In this document: positions 10,322-22,896 of the stretch, one piece after another
Layout: each line of letters starts with the position of its first letter
Position numbering within the stretch: position 1 is the stretch's first letter
From: Eledone cirrhosa
Taxonomy: Eukaryota
DNA length: 64,000 nt
NCBI GenBank assembly: GCA_964016885.1
Contig: OZ024765.1
Span: 9,734,001-9,798,000 of the forward strand
Direction: 5' to 3'
Translations under genes and position numbers: made by a program
The notes under the pieces: model-generated
What the model was told of the DNA's origin: nothing
The model's database searches: none
Seen by the model: only the letters and a program-made list of their open reading frames with translations

Positions 10322-13300
10322 CTAAAATATTACAAAAAAAAATATATATATATATATACATACATACATTTATCTTTTAACCCTTTAGCATTTACATCAT
10401 TCTATATATACGAGGACAATCCCAAAAGTAAGGTCTCCTTCCGATATTGCAACTTTTCCGTTAAAATCCTGTGGATGGTGCTTCGGGAAACGTCAGGAAC
10501 CAAAATACAGAGAGCATCCAGAGTGATCTGCCGATCTTTACGCATGTTTTCCTCGGAAGGAGACCTTATTTTTGGGATTGCCTTCGTATATAATAACTGC
10601 ACGAAATTCGCACTTGGCGGTAGCATTCAACGAGAGCTCCATTTTCAACGGCTGCCAAGCAAAGCGCGCGCATGCTTGTTTGGGAGTGAAGGAAGCACCA
10701 ATCACAACAGTGTTGCCAACAGCCGTATGAACAGTTTCTTTGGAGACCTTACTTTTGGGATTACCCTCGTACTATTATATCTTCACAGTAAAGAGCTCAG
10801 AGAGTAGAGAACCAGAATAAATCCCACTAAGCATTCTATCTGATGTTCTAACAACTCTGCCAATTTACCAGCCATAGTTTCATGCAGTACAGGATGTTAA
10901 AATTTAAGCATAAGGCTAGCTTTCACTGAAGAGGACTATTAAAAGTTAAGCATAAGAAAGGGGAAAAAAGGTATTTACCTAGACTAGCTTTCACTGAAGG
11001 GGACTGTAGGTAAGGGTAAGCTGATGCTGCTGTAGAATTATCCCAGTGCCACAAAGATCCATCTTCAGAACATGTGAACAAATGATTAGGGTAGGCAGAA
11101 TGAAACTTCACTTCCCACACTGAAAAAAAAACAAGAAACAAAATAATTGATATGAGTTATTAAGAAGATTATAATTGGTCTCTGATAAATTAAAACAATT
11201 GATATAGAAGCAATCTTTAATTCGGTATTTGTGCCAACCCTTACCTATGGTCATGAATCTTGGGTAATGACCGAAAGAATATGATTGCGAATACAAATGG
11301 CTGAAATAGGATTCCTCCGAAGTAACGTTTCTTGATAGTGTAGCTCAGAGATCAGAGAATCACTCCAGGTAGAGCCGCTACTTCTCCAAATTGAGGGATC
11401 ACATTTACATGATAGGGGTAGGACCTCTATCATTAAAAAACACCCAGGAAATTTCCTGAGTTGCCACCTTGTATGAAGCCTGCTAGACCTTAAACTTACA
11501 TAGGTGTGAGTTGTAAAAGACATTGTCATATATATATATATATATATATGAATGAAAAATGGCGTGCTGCGTTGTTGCGAATGTGATACAAGTGAAATAA
11601 AAAATAGAGCAAGAAACCAGGACTATCCATCATCAGTGATCTTCTGGCTATCATCAATATTTCTTCGCATATATATATATATGGAGGCACATGGCTTAGT
11701 GGTTAGAGCATTGGCCTTGCAATCGAAAGTTTGTGGGTTCAATTCTCAGACCGGGTGATGTGTTGTTTCCTTGAGCAAGACACTTTATTTCACATTGCTC
11801 CAGTTTACTCAGCTGTAGAAATGAGATGATAGGGACTGGGGTCCCTATCATTCCGCTGTAAAGTGGTCGTGGAAGTGCCAAGGCAAAAAAGCACCCAGCA
11901 CTCACTGTAAATGAGGTTGGTGTTAGGAAGGGCATCCAGCTGTAGAAATCAAGCCAGAATCTGTTCCCGTCCCACCCTTGCAAGCAGGGAAAAGCAGACG
12001 TAAAATGAAATGATGACAGGGACAGGGGAACCCTATCATTAAAACACCCAGGAAACCTATGAGTTGTCACCTTGTATGAGGCCAGCTAAAACTTAAGCCT
12101 ACATAGGTGTAAGCTGTAAAAAAACACAAATAGAAAAAAAAAAAACTATTGTTACTTACATGGTCCAGTGTGACCTCCTAACAATGTGACAGGGTTTGTT
12201 TTCTGCCTAAGATCCCAGAGACAAAGGCTTCCATCAACAGTCCCAGTGGCTACCAGATGCTGCTGGCTTGGATGTTTTGCTGCACACATTAATGAAACAT
12301 GTTCTCCAGACCTGACATATTATCGGATAATAGAACGAAAAAAATTTGTTACCATATTTCTACTGGATAATCACTCCATATAATGTTCAAATAAGCAAGA
12401 ATTTGGAAGGATTTAGTAATATAACTAACAATTTCATTATTAAGCTGGAGTTTGGAACAGAGAATGCGTTGTGTCCTTGAGTAAGACACTTTATTTTACG
12501 TTGCTCAGTTCACTCAGTTGTAGAAATGTATTGTGATGTCACAGGTGCCAAGTTGGATCAGCTTTTGCCTTTTCCATGGACATCATATACAGTGTATATA
12601 TAATTGTTTCTACTTTTGGCACAAGGCCAGCAATTACCCAGTACATTACTGGTACTTTATTTTATCAACCCCGTAAGGATGAAAGGCAGTTAACCTCGAC
12701 GGGATTTGAACTCAGACCATAAAGGGACGTAACTATGCTGGAAAGCATAGTGTCCAACCCTCTACCGATACTGCCATATGAGTTGCGACATCACTGGTGC
12801 CAAGCTGTAACAGCCTTTGCCTTTCCCTTGGACAAGATCATATATAGTGGGAGCATGTGGCCTAGTGGTAAGGGTGTTGGACTTACGATCATAATGTCGT
12901 AGGTTCGATTCCTGGGTTGTGTGTTGCTCCAGTATACTCAGCTGAAAATGAGTACCAGCAATAGCTGGGCGTTTAACCCTGCGATGGACTGGCGTCCTGT
13001 CCAGGAGGAAGTCTTCTACTCTCAGTCGCTTCATGCCACGAAACTGGGATAAGCACCAGCCAAATGAGCCTTCTGACTTAAGACAGACTTTAGATACCGT
13101 ATATATATATATTTGTTTCTACTTTAGGCACAAGGCCAGCAATTAACCAGTGCATTACTGGTACTTTATTTTATCGACCCCGTAAGGATGAAAGGCAATG
13201 TCAACCTCGGCGGGATTTGAACTCAGATCGTGGGGGCATGTGGCCGAGTGGTAAGGGTGTATATATATATATTGTGTATGAATTGTGACATCACTGGTGC

Positions 13301-16300
13301 CAAGCTGTATTGGCCTTTGGTTAGACAGGTTTGTCCCATCAGGTGACCATGTCTTGCTCATATAGGACTGTTTCTGGCTGGTTTTCTATAGCTGGATGCC
13401 CTTCCTAACACCAACCTTATTTACAGTGAGTACCGGGAGCTTTTTGTCGTGACACCTACACGACCACTTTACAGTGTGGACTGGGTGCTATTTGTCACGA
13501 CACCTACACAACCATTTAATAGAGTGGTCTGGGTGCTTTTTGTTGTGACACCTGCACAACCACTTTACAGTGTGGACTGGGTGCTATTTGTCACGACACC
13601 TACACGACCATTTAATAGTGGTCTGGGAGCTTTTTGTTGTGACACCTACACAACCACTTTACAGTGTGGACTGGGTGCTATTTGTCACGACACCTACACA
13701 ACCATTTAATAGAGTGGTCTGGGTGCTTTTTGTTGTGACACCTACACGACCACTTTACAGTGTGGACTGGGTGCTATTTGTCACGACACCTACATGACCA
13801 CTTTACAGTGTGGACTGGGTGCTATTTGTCACGACACCTACACGACCACTTTACAGTGTGGACTGGGTGCTATTTGTCACGACACCTACATGACCACTTT
13901 ACAGTGTGGACTGGGTGCTATTTGTCACGACACCTACACGACCACTTTACAGTGTGGACTGGGTGCTATTTGTCACGACACCTACACGACCACTTTACAG
14001 TGTGGACTGGGTGCTATTTGTCACGACACCTACATGACCACTTTACAGTGTGGACTGGGTGCTATTTGTCACGACACCTACACGACCACTTTACAGTGTG
14101 GACTGGGTGCTATTTGTCACGACACCTACACGACCACTTTACAGTGTGGACTGGGTGCTATTTGTCACGACACCTACATGACCACTTTACAGTGTGGACT
14201 GGGTGCTATTTGTCACGACACCTACACGACCACTTTACAGTGTGGACTGGGTGCTATTTGTCACGACACCTACACGACCACTTTACAGTGTGGACTGGGT
14301 GCTATTTGTCACGACACCTACACGACCACTTTACAGTGTGGACTGGGTGCTTTTTGTCACGACACCTACACGACCACTTTACAGTGTGGACTGGGTGCTA
14401 TTTGTCACGACACCTACACGACCACTTTACAGTGTGGACTGGGTGCTATTTGTCACGACACCTACACGACCACTTTACAGTGTGGACTGGGTGCTTTTTG
14501 TCACGACACCTACACGACCACTTTACAGTGTGGACTGGGTGCTATTTGTCACGACACCTACACGACCACTTTACAGTGTGGACTGGGTGCTATTTGTCAC
14601 GACACCTACACGACCACTTTACAGTGTGGACTGGGTGCTATTTGTCACGACACCTACACGACCACTTTACAGTGTGGACTGGGTGCTATTTGTCACGACA
14701 CCTACACGACCACTTTACAGTGTGGACTGGGTGCTATTTGTCACGACACCTACACGACCACTTTACAGTGTGGACTGGGTGCTATTTGTCACGACACCTA
14801 CACGACCACTTTACAGTGTGGACTGGGTGCTATTTGTCACGACACCTACACGACCACTTTACAGTGTGGACTGGGTGCTATTTGTCACGACACCTACACG
14901 ACCACTTTACAGTGTGGACTGGGTGCTATTTGTCACGACACCTACACGACCACTTTACAGTGTGGACTGGGTGCTTTTTGTCACGACACCTACACGACCA
15001 CTTTACAGTGTGGACTGGGTGCTATTTGTCACGACACCTACACGACCACTTTACAGTGTGGACTGGGTGCTATTTGTCACGACACCTACACGACCACTTT
15101 ACAGTGTGGACTGGGTGCTATTTGTCACGACACCTACACGACCACTTTACAGTGTGGACTGGGTGCTATTTGTCGTGCTACCATCACGACAACAAGAATA
15201 AAAGAAATGAAATAAGGGACAAACAAGAAATAAAGACTATTTACAGGAACAGAGTCTGTGGGGTTTCTGAGGGGTTTGCTCTCAAGTCGAAAATCTTCAG
15301 CTGACCTGTGGAGTTTGTTATAAGGATTTCGTTCTGTCGCAGGAATGTGATGCTGTTGATGGTACAGCTGTCTGCTTTGTCTGGAACACAAGAAGGATTC
15401 ATCATCATCACCACCACTACCATTATCATCAACACCACCACCACTACCATCATCATTACCACTACCACAATCATCATCACCATCACTACTACTACCATCA
15501 TCAACACCACTACCATCATCATTACTACTACCACAATCATCAACACCACTACCACAATCATCATCACCACCACCACCACCACTACCATCATCATTACTAC
15601 TACCACAATCATCAACACCACTACCACAATCATCATCACCACCACCACCACCACTACCATCATCATTACTACTACCACAATCATCAACACCACTACCACA
15701 ATCATCATCACCACCACTACCATTATCATCAACACCACCACCACTACCATTATCATTACTACTACCACAATCATCATCACCATCACTACTACTACCATCA
15801 TCAACACCACTACCACAATCATCATCACCATCACTACTACTACCATTATCATCAACACCACTACCATCATCACCACCACCATCACCACCACCACCACCGT
15901 CATTATCATCATCACCATTTAACATCTATTTTCTATGCCAATGGGTTGTCACATTCTGAGGCTAGACTAGTCTGGTGACCATGTCTTGCTATGTTCCATT
16001 TTGGGCTTGGTTTCTACAGCTGGATGCCCTTCCTAACACCAACCACCTTACATGTACTGGGAGCATGGTTTCTATGGCTTGATGCCCTTCCTAACACCAA
16101 CCACCTTACATGTACTGGGAGCATGGTTTCTACAGCTGGATGCCCTTCCTAACACCAACCACCTTACATGTACTGGGAGCATGGTTTCTACAGCTGGATG
16201 CCCTTCCTAACACCAACCACTTTACATGTACTGGGAGCATGGTTTCTATGGCTTGATGCCCTTCCTAACACCAACCACCTTACATGTACTGGGTGCATGG

Positions 16301-19300
16301 TTTCCACAGCTGGATGCCCTTCCTAACACCAACCACCTTACATGTACTGGGAGCATGGTTTCTATGGCTTGATGCCCTTCCTAACACCAACCACCTTACA
16401 TGTACTGGGAGCATGGTTTCTATGGCTTGATGCCCTTCCTAACACCAACCACCTTACATGTACTGGGAGCATGGTTTCTACAGCTGGATGCCCTTCCTAA
16501 CACCAACCACCTTACATGTACTGGGAGCATGGTTTCTACAGCTGGATGCCCTTCCTAACACCAACCACCTTACATGTACTGGGAGCATGGTTTCTATGGC
16601 TTGATGCCCTTCCTAACACCAACCACCTTACATGTACTGGGTGCATGGTTTCCACAGCTGGATGCCCTTCCTAACACCAACCACCTTACATGTACTGGGA
16701 GCATGGTTTCTATGGCTTGATGCCCTTCCTAACACCAACCACCTTACATGTACTGGGAGCATGGTTTCTATGGCTTGATGCCCTTCCTAACACCAACCAC
16801 CTTACATGTACTGGGTGCATGGTTTCTACAGCTGGATGCCCTTCCTAACACCAACCACCTTACATGTACTGGGAGCATGGTTTCTATGGCTTGATGCCCT
16901 TCCTAACACCAACCACTTTACATGTACTCGGAGCATGGTTTCTATGGCTTGATGCCCTTCCTAACACCAACCACTTTACATGTACTGGGAACATGGTTTC
17001 TATTGTTGGATGTCCTTTCTAATGCCAACCACTTTACATGTACTGGGAACATGGTTTCTATTGTTGGATGTCCTTTCTAATGCCAACCACTTTAGTGTTT
17101 AAAAGAAGCCTGGTTTCAATAGCTGGATGCCCTTCCCAATGCCAACCACTTTACAGCATGTACTGGGAGTTTGGTTTATACAGCTGGATACCTTTCCTAA
17201 TGCCAACCACTTTACAATGTGTACTGGGAACATTTTATTGTGACTCTGGCACTACCAACATAGTGTGGGTTGGGTGCAGAACTTTACAGAGTATCATCTT
17301 CATCATTTAAGATCGGTTTTCCCCGCTAGCAAGGGTTGGGCAGGACTATGTTGCTGGTATTGACATCATAATAATATCTACCCAGTACACTCTGTAAAAT
17401 TGTAGTGCTGGTGTATGTAATGTATATATGGATCATAACACCTGATGGAGTCGTAGGGGTGCTGTAGTGACATAGAAGGGTCAGTTGAAATGTTCATAGG
17501 CTGACCCAAATGAGGTTTATTTTTCAACAACCCTAACATCTCTCCTTCATAGTCAACCTATGAACTTTTCAGGCGACCCTTGTGAGGTGTGTCTTGGGTC
17601 ATTTTTTTAAACCTAGCAGAGTAAGCCCATTTCTCCCAGAGAGAGTGAGAGAGAAAGAATGAGAGAGAGCTAAGTAAGAAAGAGATATAGAAGATGAATC
17701 AACCTCGGAAAGATTTGAACCCAGAATGCAGAAAACCCCAAAAATTACAACAAAAACATTTTCTCTGACATTCTAATGACTCTGTAAATGCCCTGCCCTG
17801 CCTTGATGATGATGATGATGACAAAAAGAAAACACACACACACCAAGGCAAGTACTTACCAATACATTTTGTGATATTCTTTTTCTCTATGTTCAGGACA
17901 CAAATTTTACCGTCTTGACCACCGGTCACTAACAGATCTTCCCTGTGTCCGATACATGTACAAGGACCAGATATCAAATTATATCCATGGAGATTCTTCC
18001 AGGTATAGACACATTCTACATCCTAGAGAGAGAAAAACAAAACAAAAATAATCAAATGAAAGATTAGAAAAAACTTGATTGTCTTGCCTAACATGTGACA
18101 AACTTTCTAGTGCTGGTGTCATGATAAAATACACCCAGTACACCCTGTAATGTGGTAGTGCTGGTATAATAATAAAATGCACCCAACACCCTGTAAAGTA
18201 TTAGTGCTAGTGTCACGATAAAATGGACCTAGTACACTCTGTAAAGTGGTAGTGCTGGTGTCATAATATACTGCACCCTGTACACCCTGTAAAGTGGTAG
18301 TGTTGGTGTCATAATATACTGCACCCAGTATCCTCTGTAAAGTGTTAGTGCTGGTGCCACAATAAAATACACCCAGTACACTCTATAAAATGATGCTGCT
18401 GGTGCCATAATAAAATACTCCCAGTACTTTCTATAAAGTGATAGTGCTGTTGCCATAAGAAAATGCACCCAGTACACCCTGTAAAGTGTTTGCTGGTGCC
18501 ATGATAAAATGCACCCAGTACAGTCTGTAAAGTGGTGTTGTGATAAAATGCACCCAATACACTCGATAAAGTGGTAGTGATGGTGTTGTAATATACTGCA
18601 CCCAGTTCACTCTGTAAACTGGTAGTACTGGTGTCACAAAACACCTAAACAACCAATAGATAACAATGATATAAAACAAAGACTAATGAAGCTACCATAC
18701 CTGTGTGTTTTGGTTATGTTTGAAGATTCCAACAGATCCTGTTGAAGAGGAAGCTGCGACTAATTGCTGATCAAGATACTGGAATTAAATATAAAATATA
18801 ATAATTAACAGACAAAGAACGCTCAGTAGTGGGATGGGGGTGTAATTTTTGGTTAGGAGGTGCCTACTGACTGTAGGTTTCGCTTTGTACTTAGGCAAGG
18901 CGGCTCTTCTGTATTACTGTGTAGCGCCAAAGATCTCGGTCCAGTGACATTGTCTTGGAGAGGTTGTAGTGAAAATTTGCAGTATTAGGGTAAAAAGTTT
19001 AATACAGCTGTCCCCCAGTATTCATGGGTGTTATGTTCCTAGAGCACTCATGAAGAGTGAAAAACCATGAGTATTGGACGTGGTACATAAAAATGCCTAT
19101 AAATGTCAAAATATAACGTAAAATATAACAAAAAACGAGAGAGTCTCTCATCCGAAGGGGCGTCCATTAGGCAGGCAAATATGGCATCATCATCATCATT
19201 TTACGTCCGCTTTTCCCTGCTTCCAAGGGTGGGACGGGAACTGATTCTGGCTTGATTTCTACAGCTGGATGCCCTTCCTAACACCAACCTCATTTACAGT

Positions 19301-22300
19301 GAGTGCTGGGTGCTTTTTTTCTGTGGCGCCTACACATCCATTTGACAGTGTGGGCTGGGTGCTTTTTTGCTGTGGGACCTCCACGACCACTTTGCAGTGG
19401 AATGATAGGGACCCCAGTCCTATCATCTCATTTCTACAGCTGAGTAAACTGGAGCAATGTGAAATAAAGTATCTTGCTCAAGGAAACAACACATCACCCG
19501 GTCTGAGAATTGAACTCACGACCTTTCGATTGCAAGGCCAATGCTCTAACCACTAAGCCATGTGCCTCCATATTGTTATTAATAATTTAGCGTTAAAAAT
19601 ATATATATTGCCACCAAATAAAGCCATAAAAAAGGTGTGGAAGATATTTACGATTCCACGAATATGTGGTGGTTCCCACAAACAATTATAGTTGGGTTTC
19701 TATGGAAAATTCAACGAATAACCAGGACCACAAATGCCAGGGGTACAGTGAATATATTGTGGCAGTCATAGTGCTGTACTTTTCAAGAATGTCTTGCTGT
19801 GGTTTCATGCATTACAGAGGATGGGAGAGACTTAATGTCTACACATGTAGAAATATTGTAGTGGTTCTACTTACTTTTAGATCTGTCACATCACCAACAT
19901 GTGGAATGTCAGCCAGCAGTTTGGGTTCCATGTCCTGTGGAGCAGCTTCATTGTCCAAAGTGTAGAGGTCATAATCGATATCATGTTGACCAAATGTCCA
20001 AAACGACAGCTTACATTGCTGCAATGATACAATAGCTACAATAATAATTGTTTCTACTTTCGGCACAAAGCCAGCAATTACCCCAGTGCATTACTGGTAC
20101 ATTATTTCATTGACTCCGTAAGGATGAAAAGCAAAGTTAACCTCGGCGGGATTTGGACTCAGAACGTAAAGGGCCATAACTCTATGCTGTAAAGCATGGT
20201 GTCTGACGCTCTGCCAATTCACTGCCCAAATAGCTACAGTAATAATGGTTTCTTATATAGGCACAAGGCCAGCAATTTTGGGGGAGGGGGGAAAATCGAT
20301 TAAATCGACCTCAGTACATTACTGGTACTTTATTTTATCGACCCCCCGTAAAGACGACGGGCAAAGTTAATCCCAGCAGGATTTGAACCCAGACCGCAAA
20401 GGGTCGCAACTCTGTGCTGCAAAGCATGGCGTCCAACCTTCTACCGATGCTGTCAAATCTTTTTTATTGGCTCTCCGTGGCCCAAGTCCGGGCAAGGTGT
20501 CTTTGTCGCCCATGCATACCAGTCTCCCTTCGCTACACCACCAATGTTGTCCAAAGGAAAGGCATGGGCCGACACAGCATGGCACCAGGGATGTCGCGAC
20601 TCATACACACTATATATACACTATATATATGATGTTCAAGGCATGGGCCGACACAGCATGGCACCAGTGATGTCGCGACTCATACACAATATATATGATG
20701 TTCAAGGGCTGATACAGCTTGGCACCAGTGATGTCGCGACTCATACACGATATATATATATATACACCATATATATGATGTTCAAGTCAAGGGCCGACAC
20801 AGCATGGCACCAGTGATGTCGCGACTCATACACTATATATATGATGTTCAAGGCAAGGGCCGACACAGCATGGCACCAGTGATGTCGCGACTCATACACG
20901 ATATATATATATACACTATATATATGATGTTCAAGGCAAGGGCCGACACAGCATGGCACCAGTGATGTCGCGACTCATACACGATATATATATACACTAT
21001 ATATATGATGTTCAAGGCAAGGGCCGACACAGCATGGCACCAGTGATGTCGCGACTCATACACGATATATATATACACTATATATATGATGTTCAAGGCA
21101 AGGGCCGACACAGCATGGCACCAGTGATGTCGCGACTCATACACGATATATATATACACTATATATATGATGTTCAAGGCAAGGGCCGACACAGCATGGC
21201 ACCAGTGATGTCGCGACTCATACACGATATATATATATACACTATATATATGATGTTCAAGGCAAGGGCCGACACAGCATGGCACCAGTGATGTCGCGAC
21301 TCATACACGATATATATATACACTATATATATGATGTTCAAGGCAAGGGCCGACACAGCATGGCACCAGTGATGTCGCGACTCATACACGATATATATAT
21401 ACACTATATATATGATGTTCAAGGCAAGGGCCGACACAGCATGGCACCAGTGATGTCGCGACTCATACACTATATATATGATGTTCAAGGCAAGGGCCGA
21501 CACAGCATGGCACCAGTGATGTCGCGACTCATACACGATATATATATACACTATATATATGATGTTCAAGGCAAGGGCCGACACAGCATGGCACCAGTGA
21601 TGTCGCGACTCATACACGATATATATATATACACTATATATATGATGTTCAAGGCAAGGGCCGACACAGCATGGCACCAGTGATGTCGCGACTCATACAC
21701 GATATATATATACACTATATATATGATGTTCAAGGCAAGGGCCGACACAGCATGGCACCAGTGATGTCGCGACTCATACACGATATATATATATACACTA
21801 TATATATGATGTTCAAGGCAAGGGCCGACACAGCATGGCACCAGTGATGTCGCGACTCATACACGATATATATATACACCATATATATGATGTTCAAGGC
21901 AAGGGCCGACACAGCATGGCACCAGTGATGTCGCGACTCATACACGATATATATATACACCATATATATGATGTTCTAGGCAAGGGCTGATACAGCATGG
22001 CACCAGTGATGTTACACCTCGTTTCCACAGCTGAGTAAACTGGAGCAACGTGAAATAAAGTGTCTTGCTCAAGGACACAACGTTTAGCCCGGTTCAGGAA
22101 ATTGAACTCACCTCACGATTGCAAAACAACTCTCTAACCACTGAGCCACTCGCCTTCACGTTAGAATGTTGGTATTGCTTTCATTCGAACTATCGGTCTT
22201 GAGACATATATAAAACTTTATCCATTTCTGACACACACATTCAGACATTTCACTCAAGCTATAATCACCCCACACAATGAAAATGAACGGTACCCGTTGG

Positions 22301-22896
22301 TCTGTATATAAATAAATACTTGATTCATTGGTAAATTTTTATTATTATATTGTTCTTGGAGACGAATGCAATCATAATTTTAAAAAAATGTTAATGATAA
22401 TCGGTTGATAATTTGTGTTAAAGTGTATGTTTTTCCTTTCGATTTTTGATGTCTTTTGAACGAATATAACCTGCAAAACAGTCGTAAATTCACCATCTAT
22501 CGTAGTTCTCCCACCCGAGAACTTCATACCGATTTATTAATAAAAGAAAAGGAAACATCGCAACATTCACAAACATCACTTTATCTCTTTTTACGTATCT
22601 GCAGGAAAGCCATCTATTTAATACGAAAGATCGCCAAGAAATACACATTATTAATGCAGCTGTAAGGAAACGAAGTCGTGGTGGTAGCATAAACTTTAGT
22701 TATGATCAGACCATCCATCGCCCGGCATCAGAAAACACAACTACTGTGGCAGTAATAACAATAATAGGCATCTTACCTCATCATCCCAACTGCCTGTGGC
22801 AAACAGGCTTGGTTTCTGTAGCGATGAAACACCCGTTGGCTTCCATCTAATCTTGCTTATTTTCTGTGAAATGAATTTCACATTCATATCAGCCAT
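10086..22896 (-). CDS. NUP43: Nucleoporin Nup43 (WD40 Y-complex subunit), spliced gene with 8 coding exons, 389 aa
   Basis: Exons read by hand: 22896-22777, 20018-19875, 18778-18701, 18022-17860, 15380-15245, 12311-12160, 11119-10979, 10321-10086. Total 1170 nt, all GT-AG, phases compatible. Diagnostic peptides MADMNVKFISQKISKIRWKP..FATGSWDDE, HPSQQHLVATG..DGSLCLWDLRQ, WEVKFH..PNHLFTCSEDGSLWHWD and LSINSLDV..LLCGGDNESIY match the Nup43 family as I recall it. Confidence 0.96.
10411..10769 (-). mobile_element. Internally deleted mariner element in Nup43 intron 7
   Basis: TA-flanked 28-bp TIRs cgaggacaatcccaaaagtaaggtctcc / ggagaccttacttttgggattaccctcg; transposase HTH remnant MRKDRQITLDAL..VSRSTIHRILTEKLQYRK. 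Confidence 0.8.
10979..11119 (-). CDS. NUP43: Nup43 coding exon 7 (141 nt)
   Basis: tttcag|WEVKFHSAYPNHLFTCSEDGSLWHWDNSTAASAYPYLQSPSVKASL|gtaaat. Confidence 0.92.
11683..12016 (+). mobile_element. tRNA-derived SINE (CORE-like body, RTE-type tail). Near-identical copies at 5001-5338(-), 19185-19569(-), 30687-31025(+); partial at 38941-39192(+)
   Basis: A box TGGCTTAGTGG, B box GGTTCAATTC, tccttgagcaagacacttta core and (ATG)n tail. Confidence 0.85.
12160..12311 (-). CDS. NUP43: Nup43 coding exon 6 (152 nt)
   Basis: gtcag|SGEHVSLMCAAKHPSQQHLVATGTVDGSLCLWDLRQKTNPVTLLGGHTGP|gtaagt. Confidence 0.92.
13420..15180. repeat. 48-bp minisatellite, about 36 copies (Nup43 intron 5)
   Basis: Unit ttacagtgtggactgggtgctatttgtcacgacacctacacgaccact. 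Confidence 0.97.
15245..15380 (-). CDS. NUP43: Nup43 coding exon 5 (136 nt)
   Basis: ttccag|(D)KADSCTINSITFLRQNEILITNSTGQLKIFDLRANPSETPQTLF|gtaaat. Confidence 0.92.
15400..15918. repeat. Mixed CAT/CAC/TAC trinucleotide repeat
   Basis: Read directly from the sequence. Confidence 0.95.
16008..17230. repeat. 58-bp minisatellite, about 20 copies
   Basis: Unit catggtttctacagctggatgcccttcctaacaccaaccaccttacatgtactgggag. Confidence 0.95.
17860..18022 (-). CDS. NUP43: Nup43 coding exon 4 (163 nt)
   Basis: ctctag|DVECVYTWKNLHG...PCTCIGHREDLLVTGGQDGKICVLNIEKKNITKCI|gtaagt. Confidence 0.9.
18100..18645. repeat. Degenerate ~48-bp minisatellite
   Basis: Variants of cacccagtacaccctgtaaagtggtagtgctggtgtcataataaaatg. 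Confidence 0.85.
18701..18778 (-). CDS. NUP43: Nup43 coding exon 3 (78 nt)
   Basis: ttccag|YLDQQLVAASSSTGSVGIFKHNQNTQ|gtatgg; absent from the ORF track. Confidence 0.9.
19875..20018 (-). CDS. NUP43: Nup43 coding exon 2 (144 nt)
   Basis: ttgcag|QCKLSFWTFG...IPHVGDVTDLK|gtaagt. Confidence 0.9.
20560..22010. repeat. ~80-bp minisatellite (units about 66-82 bp), about 18 copies, fused to a SINE head at 22010-22160
   Basis: Unit gttcaaggcaagggccgacacagcatggcaccagtgatgtcgcgactcatacacg(at)n.. Confidence 0.93.
22777..22896 (-). CDS. NUP43: Nup43 coding exon 1 (120 nt)
   Basis: ATG GCT GAT ATG... MADMNVKFISQKISKIRWKPTGVSSLQKPSLFATGSWDDE, followed by donor GTAAGA. Confidence 0.93.

Noticed and set aside
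11683-11755. tRNA-like sequence with A and B boxes
   Set aside because: It is the head of a multi-copy SINE; I could not form a full cloverleaf with an acceptor stem.
13760-15304. ORFs of 335-514 aa in all three plus-strand frames
   Set aside because: A stop-free 48-bp (3n) tandem unit inside Nup43 intron 5, antisense to the gene; an artefact.
15134-15925. D/G/S-rich 263-aa ORF and poly-V/M or poly-T/I ORFs
   Set aside because: Translations of a trinucleotide tract. Only 15380-15245 is a real exon, and it has its own acceptor.
20560-22010. CRISPR-like regular repeats (also 5510-6648, 43440-45208 and 52818-54510)
   Set aside because: No unique spacers, no cas genes, a eukaryotic intronic or intergenic context, and units traceable to retroelements.
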